Source of the DNA: the human T2T-CHM13v2.0 reference genome, Homo sapiens
Length of the DNA stretch: 64,000 nt
Assembly: GCF_009914755.1 (NCBI RefSeq)
Contig: NC_060931.1
Reading direction: 5' to 3' (one strand)
The notes beneath the pieces are model-generated. The model was given only the letters and a program-made list of their open reading frames with translations. It did not search any database and was not told the DNA's origin. Each line of letters begins with the position of its first letter. The first letter of the stretch is position 1. The position numbers and the translations under genes were made by a program. This document shows, piece by piece, positions 1 to 28,479 of the stretch.

Positions 1-6272
<6,272 letters not shown>

Positions 6273-7200
6273 CAAGTGCATTTTAATTAAAGTATTATTA
6301 ATGTCTTTGCCTGAAGAAATTCGCTTTTAAATTGTGACTTATCTTTCACCCAAAAATCAAAGCACAATTCAGCCCCGAGGCGGGGGCGGTAGGAGCTGGG
6401 CGGGGCGGGGGCAGGGAAAGACCAGGAGCAGAGATTCAAAAAGAGTAAGAGGGCAAAATGTGCATAATGCATCTTCACAGGTAAGAGCCTGGCCAGGCTC
6501 CTGTTTTAATGGCTTCCTCCTGAAGAAGATTCAAGCAGAGTGTAAGATATTTTCGGAAAGTAGAGCATTTTGAAAGCATTTCATAATCTCTCAAAACCGG
6601 AGACTGCTCCTGTCCCACCTCGTTAGAGAAAACAGCGATGCTCAAAGGCAACCTCCTTCCTGACATTGCCTGGTAGGACGCGACGTGGTGTTTGCCCGCG
6701 CGGAATGCGGACGCAAGGCTGCTCCTAGGTCTCGGGGACGCGCCATCCCCATTTCCGCTCGCGGAGGCGTAGGGTCCGGGCGCGGGACCCCAGTCGACCT
6801 TGACTGGCGGCGCGACCTTGAGGCCTGCGTTCGCCTCAGTTGCCCCCTCTGTGCAATGGGGAGACGCGCCTCATCGCTTGACAACGGCCGAAGAGCCGCC
6901 GCGCTTCCGTCTCCCGCGTGCGCGCGCCATGCTGCCCACCCCCGTTCCGCACTGACCCTCCCCCGTGCCCCGCGTCCCGTACTGCCGCCCCGCCCCGAGT
7001 CCCATGCCGCAGCCACCGCGACGGAGCCCGCAGGCGGGAACCTGCCTCCGCGCGTTAGCGCGCACGCGCGCCTCATGTGTCGTCCCCATCAGCGCCGGCT
7101 TCCGTCTATAGGCCAGATGCACTGTCACTCTGGCGAAGTCGCAGACCCGATTGGCCGGGACGGAGGCGCGAGACCGGGTTGCGGGCGGGGCCGAACGTGG

Positions 7201-7207
7201 TATAAAA
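7201..7207 (+). promoter_or_regulatory. PPIA: TATA box of PPIA (TSS about 7232)
   Basis: TATAAAA lies about 30 nt upstream of the 5' UTR start GTTTTGCAGACGCC. Confidence 0.9.
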
Positions 7208-7275
7208 GGGGCGGGAGGCGAGGCTCGTGCCGTTTTGCAGACGCCACCGCCGAGGAAAACCGTGTACTATTAGCC

Positions 7276-11972
<4,697 letters not shown>

Positions 11973-12159
11973 GTTTGACTTGTGTTTTATCTTAACCACC
12001 AGATCATTCCTTCTGTAGCTCAGGAGAGCACCCCTCCACCCCATTTGCTCGCAGTATCCTAGAATCTTTGTGCTCTCGCTGCAGTTCCCTTTGGGTTCCA
12101 TGTTTTCCTTGTTCCCTCCCATGCCTAGCTGGATTGCAGAGTTAAGTTTATGATTATGA

Positions 12160-12165
12160 AATAAA
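12160..12165 (+). terminator. PPIA: PPIA proximal polyadenylation signal AATAAA
   Basis: AATAAA about 190 nt after the stop codon, followed by GT/T-rich sequence. Confidence 0.88.
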
Positions 12166-12351
12166 AACTAAATAACAATTGTCCTCGTTTGAGTTAAGAG
12201 TGTTGATGTAGGCTTTATTTTAAGCAGTAATGGGTTACTTCTGAAACATCACTTGTTTGCTTAATTCTACACAGTACTTAGATTTTTTTTACTTTCCAGT
12301 CCCAGGAAGTGTCAATGTTTGTTGAGTGGAATATTGAAAATGTAGGCAGCA

Positions 12352-12600
12352 ACTGGGCATGGTGGCTCACTGTCTGTAATGTATTACCTGAGGCAGAAGA
12401 CCACCTGAGGGTAGGAGTCAAGATCAGCCTGGGCAACATAGTGAGACGCTGTCTCTACAAAAAATAATTAGCCTGGCCTGGTGGTGCATGCCTAGTCCTA
12501 GCTGATCTGGAGGCTGACGTGGGAGGATTGCTTGAGCCTAGAGTGAGCTATTATCATGCCACTGTACAGCCTGGGTGTTCACAGATCTTGTGTCTCAAAG
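12352..12600 (+). mobile_element. Old (AluJ-like) sense Alu in the PPIA long 3' UTR
   Basis: ctgggcatggtggctcac...gggaggattgcttgagcc...tgtctcaaa. Confidence 0.8.
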
Positions 12601-12726
12601 GTAGGCAGAGGCAGGAAAAGCAAGGAGCCAGAATTAAGAGGTTGGGTCAGTCTGCAGTGAGTTCATGCATTTAGAGGTGTTCTTCAAGATGACTAATGTC
12701 AAAAATTGAGACATCTGTTGCGGTTC

Positions 12727-12998
12727 TTTTTTTTTTTTTTTTTTCCCCTGGAATGCAGTGGCGTGATCTCAGCTCACTGCAGCCTCCGCCTCCTGGGTTC
12801 AAGTGATTCTAGTGCCTCAGCCTCCTGAGTAGCTGGGATAACGGGCGTGTGCCACCATGCCCAGCTAATTTTTGTATGTTTAGTATAGATGGGGTTTCAT
12901 CATTTTGACCAGGCTGGTCTCAAACTCTTGACCTCAGCTGATGCGCCTGCCTTGGCCTCCCAAACTGCTGAGATTACAGATGTGAGCCACCGCACCCT
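12727..12998 (-). mobile_element. Antisense Alu in the PPIA long 3' UTR
   Basis: T tract followed by ctggaatgcagtggcgtgatc...gtgagccaccgcaccc. Confidence 0.88.
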
Positions 12999-13644
12999 AC
13001 CTCATTTTCTGTAACAAAGCTAAGCTTGAACACTGTTGATGTTCTTGAGGGAAGCATATTGGGCTTTAGGCTGTAGGTCAAGTTTATACATCTTAATTAT
13101 GGTGGAATTCCTATGTAGAGTCTAAAAAGCCAGGTACTTGGTGCTACAGTCAGTCTCCCTGCAGAGGGTTAAGGCGCAGACTACCTGCAGTGAGGAGGTA
13201 CTGCTTGTAGCATATAGAGCCTCTCCCTAGCTTTGGTTATGGAGGCTTTGAGGTTTTGCAAACCTGACCAATTTAAGCCATAAGATCTGGTCAAAGGGAT
13301 ACCCTTCCCACTAAGGACTTGGTTTCTCAGGAAATTATATGTACAGTGCTTGCTGGCAGTTAGATGTCAGGACAATCTAAGCTGAGAAAACCCCTTCTCT
13401 GCCCACCTTAACAGACCTCTAGGGTTCTTAACCCAGCAATCAAGTTTGCCTATCCTAGAGGTGGCGGATTTGATCATTTGGTGTGTTGGGCAATTTTTGT
13501 TTTACTGTCTGGTTCCTTCTGCGTGAATTACCACCACCACCACTTGTGCATCTCAGTCTTGTGTGTTGTCTGGTTACGTATTCCCTGGGTGATACCATTC
13601 AATGTCTTAATGTACTTGTGGCTCAGACCTGAGTGCAAGGTGGA

Positions 13645-13650
13645 AATAAA
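13645..13650 (+). terminator. PPIA: PPIA distal polyadenylation signal AATAAA (long 3' UTR)
   Basis: AATAAA preceded by TGTA and followed by T-rich sequence; consistent with the ~2.2-kb PPIA mRNA as I recall it. Confidence 0.72.
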
Positions 13651-13753
13651 CATCAAACATCTTTTCATTATCCCTAGTATTTCTTATTCCATTAATTAAC
13701 AGAATAGCCTCACCACGTTGTCATTAACTGCTTTTATTCATCCAAGTATTTAA

Positions 13754-14080
<327 letters not shown>

Positions 14081-15131
14081 TAATTTCTCCAGTGCCCAGC
14101 GTGATCCCTGACATCTGGTATTAGAGTTCAATACTTGGGCCGGGCCTCGGTAATCCCAGCACTTCGGGAGGCCAAGGCAGGCAGATTACCTGAGGTCAGT
14201 AGTTTGAGACCAGCCTGGCCAACGTAGAGAAACTGCATCTATTAAATATGCAAAAATTACATGGTCATGGTGGTGCATTTCTGTAATCCCAGCTATTTGG
14301 GAGGCTGAGGCAGGAGAACTGCTTGAAACCAGAAAGCACAATGAGCCAAGATCGTGCCACTGCACTCCAGCCTGGGAGACAGAATATGAGAGACTCTGTC
14401 CCAAAAAAAAAAAGGTCCGGCTGTGGTGTCTCATACCTGTAATCCCGGCACTTCGGGAGGCCAAGGCCTGAGGACCTTGAGCCAAGGAGTTTGAGACCAG
14501 CCTGGGCAATATAGGGGGACCCTGACTCTACAAATAAGAAAATAAGCTGGGATGCCAGGTGTGGTGGCTCACTCCTGTAATCCCAGCACTTTGGGAGGCC
14601 GAGGTGGACGGATCACCTGAGGTCAGGAGTTTGAGACCAGCCTGGCCAACCTGGTGAAACCTCATCTCTACTAAAAATACAAAAAAAAATTAGCCAGGCA
14701 TAGTGGCAGGCACCTGTAATCCTAGCTACTTGGTAGGCTGAGGCAGGAGAATCCTTGAACCTGGGAGGTGGAGGTTGCGGTGAGCTGAGATTGGGCCATT
14801 GCACTCCAGCCTGGGGGACAAGAGTGAGACTTTGTCTCAAAAAAGAAAGCTGGATGTGGATGCATATGCCTGTGGTCCCAGCTACTCAGGTGTCTGAGGT
14901 GGGAGGATCCCTTGTGCCTGGGAGGTTGAGGGTGCAGTGAGCTGTGGTAGCACTCCAGCTGGGTGACAGAGAAAGACCCAGTATCAAAAAAAAAAAGTCT
15001 TGCTATGTTGTCCAGGTTAGTCTGAAAAACTGGCCTCGGCCGGGCACGGTGTCTCACACTTGAAATCCCAGCACCTTCGGAGTCTGAGGTGAGCGGGTCA
15101 CGGGGTCAGGAGATGGAGACCATCCTGGCTA

Positions 15132-15453
<322 letters not shown>

Positions 15454-15994
15454 TCAACAGACCTTTTGAAAGGAAGGCCGGGCCAGGCATGGTGGCTCAT
15501 GCCTGTAATCCCAGCACTTTGGGAGGCCAAGGCGGGTGGATCACCTGAGGTCAGGAGTTAGCAACCAGCCTGACCAACGTGGTGAAACTACGTCTCTACT
15601 AAAAATACAAAAAATTAGCCTGTAATCCCAGCTACTGCGGACGTGGACATTGCAGTGAGCCGAGACCGCACCATTGCACTCCAGCCTGGGCAAAAGAGCA
15701 AAATGCTGTCTCAAAAAAGAAAAAGGAAAGTGAGTCAGATGCCAAGCTGGTATTGCGGCATCAGCTTGTGTAGTAAGATTTGACCTGGTCAGAAAGGTCT
15801 CAAATGGCTACCCTGAGAAAGAAGTGGAGCTTGGAAGAAAGGTAACCAGGAAAACCCATCATTTTTCTGCTGGTTGGAGGCTCTCATGGAAACCCTTAGG
15901 AAACTTACAAGCTGAGAGGCGGGAGTTTGCCTAGACCACACTGTGAGTTTGCTGTATATATCCACGCCTTACACAGTGAATGAGAAGATACTCA

Positions 15995-16168
<174 letters not shown>

Positions 16169-16276
16169 TTAGGAGGCTTGAGGCAGGAGAATCGCTTGAA
16201 CCTGGGAGGTGGAAGTTGCAGTGAGCCGAAATTGGCCCCATTGCACTCCAGCCCGGGTGACAGAGACTCCGTCTCA

Positions 16277-16576
<300 letters not shown>

Positions 16577-18022
16577 TCAAAAACAAAAAACAAAAAACAA
16601 AAAACTCTGCTTCTCAGAGTTGTGGGGATTAGATATGAAGTACTTAGAAGAGTGGTTAGCACATGGTACATGCATGAACAGTTCTGTTAGTGTGTAAACA
16701 CCCAGCAGGGATTTGTCTAGCTTTTCACCAGTGTATCCCAGTACCTAGGCTAAAGCTTGGTTCAGAGAAGGCTCAGAAGAAATATCACAGTAACTGTGTG
16801 ATAGACCCCTTCTGAGCCCTTTACAAATATTCTAGGCTGGGCATGGTGGCTCACGCCCGTAATCCCAGCACCCAGGAGGCCAATGCAGGCAGATCGCTTG
16901 AACCCAGGTGTTCAAGACCAGCCTGTGCAACATGGTGAAACTCTGTCTATATTAAAAACAGAAAAATTACCCAGGCGGCCGGGCATGGTGGCTCATGCCT
17001 GTAATCCCAGAACTTTGGGAGGCCAAGGCGGGTGAATCACGAGGTCAGGAGTGCGAGACCAGCCTTGCCAACATGATGAAACCCAATTTATAGAGGTGGG
17101 GATAAGGGACCATCTTTAAGAGTTGCCTACCACAAGTCTATAAAATACATACAGTTTAAAGACCAGAAATAAAAAGAACCCCAGCATATCTACTAGTATC
17201 CCAGAAATGCCCTTTGCAAGCCCTCTTCAGTTGCACGCTCTTTCCTCTTCAGAGGGAAACATGATTCCAATTTTTTTTTTTTTTTTTGAGATGAAGTTTT
17301 GCTCTTGTTGCCCAGGCTGGAGTGCAATGATGCAATCTCGGCTCACCGCAACCCTCCGCCTCCCAGGTTCAAGCGATTCTCCTGCCTCAGCCTCCCGAGT
17401 AGTTGGGATTACAGGCATGTGCCACCATGCCCGGCTAATTTTGTATTTTTAGTAGAGACTGGGTTTCTCCATGTTGGTCAGGCTGGTCTCGAACTCCCTA
17501 CCTCAGGTGATCCTCCTGCCTCGGCCTCCAAAAGTGCTGGGATTACAGGCGTGCTCAGCCCATGATTCCAATTTTTGTGTTCATCAATCTCTAGCACCTG
17601 TGTCCCTAAAAACATATTGAGAAAAAGTGAGAAGCAAGCACAAACCTAATTGTGCAAAGAAAGGTCGAAATTGCCACTATTATGAGGCAGGCTCCCAGGA
17701 GAAGGCAAGTTGAGCAGGCTGGGTTAGAGTGTGGCCTCAGGGTCTTTGAGAACACAAGAACTATTTCTGGGAAAGTCAGCCAATGCCTTTCTCCACCTCA
17801 GAAAATCTGTAAAATCTATAATATCTGGTTCACAGTCAGATGTTCCCCCTTGTTCTTATAATGTGTTTTTATGTTTATTGCTTTTTAAAATTCTTTTTCA
17901 GTCCAGGTACGGTGGCTCATGCCTGTAATCTCAGCACTTTGGGAGGCCGAGGTGGGCAGATCACTTGAGGTCAGGAGTTCGAGACCAACCTGGCCAACAT
18001 GGTGAAATTCCATCTCTACTCA

Positions 18023-18754
<732 letters not shown>

Positions 18755-19378
18755 TAATTTAGTTTTACACATTACATTTGACTGTTAGGTGTCTTTGGTT
18801 TCTTTTACTCCAGAGCAGTCTTTCCACCTTAAAAAACAAAACAAAACCAAAACCTGTAATTTCTGCTTACTAGCTTTTAAAAATTTATTGAGATTATAAT
18901 TTACATACCATGAAATTACCTTTTTTGTGTGTGTGTGAGATGGAGTCTGTCTTTGTCACTCAGGCTGGAGTGCAGTGGCCTTGATCTTGGCTCACTGCAA
19001 CCACCCCCTCCTGGATTCAAGTGATTCTCCCACCTCAGCCTCCCAAGTAGCTGGGATTACAGACGCCCACCTAATTTTTGCATTTTTAGTAGAGACGGGG
19101 TTTCACTATGTTGGCCAAGCTGGCCTCAAACTCATGACATCAGGTGATCCACCCATCTTGGCCTCCCAAAGTGCTGGGATTACAGGAGTGAGCCACTGCA
19201 CCTGGCCAAAATTACCCTTTTTAAGAGCACAGTTCAATAATTTTCAGTTAGTTTTAGAGCATTCCATCACCCCAGTACAAGGCCTTGTTTCCATATGTGG
19301 TCAATCTTGCTTCAACTGCAGTCCCCTCACCACCTGGCAACTGCAAACATGCCTTCTGTCTCTATAGATTTGTTGTTT

Positions 19379-19409
<31 letters not shown>

Positions 19410-19937
19410 GACAGGGTCTTGCTCTGTTACCCAGGCTAAAGTGCAATGGCACGAACATCATTCACTAACACCTTGACCTCCTGGGCTCAAGTGATCCTCC
19501 TGCCTCAGCCTCCCAAGTAGCTGGGACCACAGCTATGTACCACCACGTCTGGGTAATTTTTAAGTTTTTTGTAGAGAAGAGGTCTCATCACGTTGCCCAG
19601 GCTGGTCTCGATCTCTGGGCTCAAGCAGTCCTCCCACGTCTGTCTCTCAAAGTGCTGGGATTACAGGTGTGAGCCACTGGGCCTGGCTGGACTTTTACAG
19701 TGAATCATACACTGTGTGGTCTTTGCTCCTTCCCACTTTGTTTGTTTGTTTGTTTAGAGATGGAGTCTTGCTCTGTCACTCAACCTGGAGTGCAGTGGTG
19801 CAATATAACTCACTGAAGCCTCAAACTCCTGAACTCAGTGCAGGACTGGACTCCTGGACTTTATTTTTTTTTACTCCATGTTTTTCTTGTTTATTTGAAT
19901 CAATGGTTCTGTATGAATGCAATTTTAGGAAATATAA

Positions 19938-20232
<295 letters not shown>

Positions 20233-20834
20233 TAGCCAGGATGGTCTCGATCTCCTGACCTCGTGATCCGCCCGCCTCGGCCTCCCAAAGTGCTGAGATT
20301 ACAGGCGTGAGCCACCGCGCCCGGCCTCTTTTTTTTTTTTTTTTTTTTTTAAGACAGAGTCTCACTCTGTCACCCAGGCTGGAGTGCAATGGGCGATCTT
20401 CACTCACTGCAACCTCCGCCTCCCAGGTTCAAGTAATTCTCCTTCCGCAGCCTCCCAAGTAGCTGGGATTAGAGGCTGATGCCACCACGCCCAGCTAATT
20501 TTTGTATTTTTAGTAGAGAGGGGGTTTCACGATGTTGTCCAGGTCGGTCTCGAACTCTTGAGTTCAAGTGATCCTCCAAACTCGGCCTCCCAAAGTGCTG
20601 GGATTACAGGCGTGAGCCACTGCGCCCAGCCGATGTTGACTCTTTTAAAAGTTCAGGACAGGCTGGGCGCAGTGGCTCACGCCTGTAATCCCAGCACTTT
20701 GGGAGGCTGAGGCAGGTGGATCACAAGGTCAGGAGATCGAGACCAACCTGGCCAACATGGTGAAACACTGTCTCTACTAAAATACAAAAAATTAGCCGGG
20801 GGTGGTGGCACGCACCTGTAGTCCCAGCTACTCA

Positions 20835-21667
<833 letters not shown>

Positions 21668-22762
21668 CTAGGCCTAGAAGCTTAATTGGATTCAAATTCA
21701 TCATATTTAGCAGGAAGATTTCATAGGTGATACTTTGTGTACTTAATCTTGCCTCACATCAGGAGGCACAAAGTCTCAGGCTGACTCATCAGTGAGGCTA
21801 AATTTGAACTTGCAGTTAAGGTAATGCCTGCCAGACTGCTCCACTGGAAAGGTATCTTTTCCCTTTTCTGAAAATTAGGTAATCTTGAGGGGTGATATTT
21901 TGCCTCTGCATAAAGACCCTCTTTCCAAGAAGAGAGCCTTTTCACCTGATTGTTGTGTTTTGGCATTAATTATATTTGTCTGAATCAATTATTCCCTTTT
22001 GCAGTTGTAAAGTACCCTTCTGATCCCTCCCTCCTCCTGTCACTATGGACTTATGTATTTTTATTCAATATATTAAATAATTGTTTTCCCAGTTGCCTTA
22101 TTTGAATTTACATCCAAATAGGATCCATATATCTATAGAAGTTTGAGCAGAGGAGTGACAGCATTTGCCTAACTTTTTTTTTTTTTTAGATAGGGTCTTG
22201 CTCTGTTGCCAAGGCTGGAATGAACTGATCTCAGCTCACTGCAGCCTCGACCTCCTGGCCTCAGGCGATTCTCCTATCTCAGCCTCCTGGTAGCTGGAAC
22301 TACAGGCATGTGCCACCCACCACACCTGGCTAATATTAAAAAAAAATTTTTTTGAGACAGAGTCTTGCTTGGTTGTCCAGGCTGGAGTGCACTGGTGTTA
22401 TCTCAGCTCACTGCAACCTCCGCTTCCCAGGTTCAAGCGATTGTTGTGTCTCAAGCCTCCTAAGTAGCTGGGACTATAGGAGTGCACCACCACGCCCGAC
22501 TAGTTTTTGTATTTTTAGTAGAGACAGGGTTTCACCATGTGGGCCAGGCTGGTCTCAAAGTCCTGACCGTAAGTGATCCGCCTGCCTTAGCCTCCCAAAG
22601 TGCTGGGATTACAGGTGTGACCCACCACTCCTGGCCAAAAAATTCTTTTAAAATTTTTTGTAGAGACAAGCTTTCACCATGTTGCCCAGGCTGGTCTCAG
22701 ACTCCTGGGCTGAAGCAATCCGCCTGCCTTGGTCTCCCAAAGTGCTAGGACTACAGGCATGA

Positions 22763-23418
<656 letters not shown>

Positions 23419-23851
23419 TGACTGAAGTCTGTTGAGGATAGACTATGTGGCGGAGTGAAATCTGGAGACTACTGCATCATCCAGGAGTGAGGAAAGGGGC
23501 TTGGGCCAGGATAGTAATGTCAGTGGTGAAAAGTAAATCTGCTTTAATGACAGGATTACTTTAAATGAAAGAGGAGGATATGATGGCTTATGCCTGTAGT
23601 CCTAGCTACTCAGGAAGCTGAAGCAGGAGGATTGGTTGAGCCCAGGAGGTCATGGCTGCAGTGAGCCATGATTGCACCACTGCACTCCAGCCTGGACAAC
23701 AGAGCAAGACTGTCTCAAAAAAAATACGGCAGGGCGCAGTGCTTCACGCCTGTAATCCCAGCACTTTGGGAGGCCATGGCAGGCGGATCACCTGAGGTTG
23801 GGAGTTTGAGACCACCAGCCTGACCAACATGGAGAAACCCCGTATCTACTA

Positions 23852-24060
<209 letters not shown>

Positions 24061-24261
24061 TTAATATAAAATATAAATAAATGCAAGAGGAAATGAGATT
24101 GGTTATCTTTAGAACCTTAAATTCTGAAATACTATTTTTTCTCCATGTTTTAAATTTTCTTGCTTTGTTTGAATCAATGGTTATGTACAAATGCAATTTT
24201 AGGAAACAGTATAAATATTCATCATAGGGGACTGGCTAAACAAATTACAGTTCTCTATTAA

Positions 24262-24405
<144 letters not shown>

Positions 24406-24736
24406 TGAGTAGCTGAGATTACAGATGCCCGCCACCATGCCCAGCTAATTTTTGTAATTTTAGTAGAGACGGGGTTTCACCATGTTGGCCAGGCTGGTCT
24501 CGAACTCCTGACCTCAGGTGATCTGCTCACCTCAGCCTCCCACAATGCTGGGATAACAGGCGTAAGCCACCGCGCCCCGCCTATTAATTTATAATAGCCT
24601 TACAGATCCACTGCTTCCTTTTACTGCCCTGAACTCAAATTATGGGTGTGACTTTCTTACAACATTTTTAAAGATCAGTAAGGTCTAACTAGACAATAAA
24701 GGACAAAGGAAAGGGAAATCCCTGATGATGAAATAA

Positions 24737-25081
<345 letters not shown>

Positions 25082-25215
25082 TAAGATCACTGGAGAGGGT
25101 ACAGTGAGAGGTCGAGTCCATCCTGCTGTAACTGCTTGTAGCAAGGAGTGCAGTTTAGGTGTCTTTCAGTATCTCAGGTGACACCAGCTGACTTCCAGAA
25201 GTGATGAACAACTCA

Positions 25216-25425
<210 letters not shown>

Positions 25426-25848
25426 TTACACAGCAGTTTACAGGCCTGGAGAATGTCAGGGATGTTAAAACTTTTAACAAGCAAAACTACAACCAAACCC
25501 CTTTGTGTTTATATGTAAAATAGAGTTCTAGACTTAGGCAATGATAAATGAGTTATTCATGTACATGAACATCTGGCTGGACATTTCAGTCATGTGGACA
25601 GTGCCATGCATGACAAGATGTGCAACATCTCCCCAACCACTGTTGGAGGCCCACAAATCTTCAAAGTGCCTCCTGGAGGCACTGCTGTCCTGCTGAAACC
25701 ACCAACATGACGAGATAGAAGTAATTGTTAAAAGACCAGTGTAGGCTGGGTGCTGTGGCTCATGCCTGTAATCTCAGCAGTTTGGGAGGCCAAGGTGGGA
25801 GGATCACTTGAGCCTAGGAGTTCGAGACCAGCCTGGGAAACCAAGTGA

Positions 25849-26037
<189 letters not shown>

Positions 26038-26236
26038 TAGTAGAGACGTGTTTCACCATGTTGGCCAGGATGGTCTCGATCTATTGACCTCGTGATCTGC
26101 CCGCCTCAGCTCCCAAAGTGCTGAGATTACAGGCATGGACCTTGTCTCTATTTTTTAAAAAAAGACCAACGTGCCAGGCATGGTGGCTCACACCTGTAGT
26201 TCCAGCACTTTGGGAGGCCAAGGCAGGCGGAAACTC

Positions 26237-26859
26237 TTCATATGTAATGCAGGTAAAAATAAGTCCTCTCTAGCCACAGTCATTGAGCCTCTACTTGGAG
26301 ACACCCACTGTGAAACATTTCTTCGCTGTCCTTCCAAGGATATTCTATGCACATGCAAGCATCTCTACTAAAAATATAAAAATTAGCTGAGTATGGTGGC
26401 GGGCACCTGTAGTCCCAGCTACTTAGGAGGCTGGAGGCAGGAGAATTGCTTGAACCCAGGAGGCGGAGGTTGCAGTGAGCCGAGATCGTGCCACTGCACT
26501 CCAGCCCAGGCGACAGAGCGAGACTCCGCCTCAAAAAAAAAAAAAAAAAAAAAAAAGACAGACGTAAAAAAAAAGAAAGAAAGTAGATAAAGGCCAATGT
26601 AGTACATCCTCAAAATAGCCTCAGACAGACGTAGACATAGATTTTGTAAAGTTAGATTTAGAAAAACAAAGAACAGTAGAATGCAATATAACATATGCCA
26701 CTGTTTTTGTAAAAAGTAAAATTAAATGTATCTTTATGCTTGCATGTGACTATAATATCCTTGGGAGGACAGAGAAGAAATGTTTCACAGTGGGTGTCTC
26801 CAAGTAGAGGCTCAAGGACTGTGGCCAGAGGACTTATTTTTACCTGCATTACATATGAA
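26237..26859. repeat. Inverted repeat of non-Alu sequence, about 125-bp arms (26237-26362 / 26736-26859)
   Basis: The arms are reverse complements with about 7 substitutions and one 2-nt indel. Confidence 0.92.
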
Positions 26860-26921
26860 AAATTTCAAAAACATACATTTTAAAATAAATCAGTAGTATG
26901 TGGCTCACTCCAAGTGCTTAA

Positions 26922-27335
<414 letters not shown>

Positions 27336-27556
27336 TGAGTAGCTGGGATTACAGGCGTGAGCCACCTCGCCTGGCTATTTATTTATTTTTGATATGGAGT
27401 CGTGCTCTGTTGCTCAGGCTAGAGTGCAATGGCACGATCTGGGCTCACTGCAACCTGCGCCTCCTGGGTTCAAGTGATTCTCCTGCCTCAGCCTCCTGAG
27501 TAGCTGGGATTACAGGTGCCCGCCACCACACCCAGCTAATTTTTTTGTATTTTTAG

Positions 27557-27676
<120 letters not shown>

Positions 27677-27703
27677 TAATTTTCGTATTTTTAGTAGAGA
27701 TGA

Positions 27704-27910
<207 letters not shown>

Positions 27911-28043
27911 TAGTGAGGCTGAGGCAGGAGGATCACTTGAGGTCAGGAGTTCAAGACCAGCCTGGCCAACATGGTGAAACCCCATCTCCACTAAAAATAC
28001 AAAATTAGCCAGGTGTAGTGGTGGGCGCCTGTAATCCCAGCTA

Positions 28044-28151
<108 letters not shown>

Positions 28152-28302
28152 TCAAAAAAAAAAAGAAAAAAGAAAGAAAAAGATCAGGCGAGGTGGCTCA
28201 CCCCTGTAATCCCAGCACTTTGGGAGGCTGAGGCGGGAGGATCACCTGAGGTAGGGAGTTCGAAACCAGCCTGACCAACATGGAGAAACTCCATCTCTAC
28301 TA

Positions 28303-28479
<177 letters not shown>

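Noticed and set aside
13453-13467. CTCF-like motif CCTAGAGGTGGCGG in the PPIA long 3' UTR
   Set aside because: Only the 3' half matches the core consensus well, so it cannot be supported without ChIP data.
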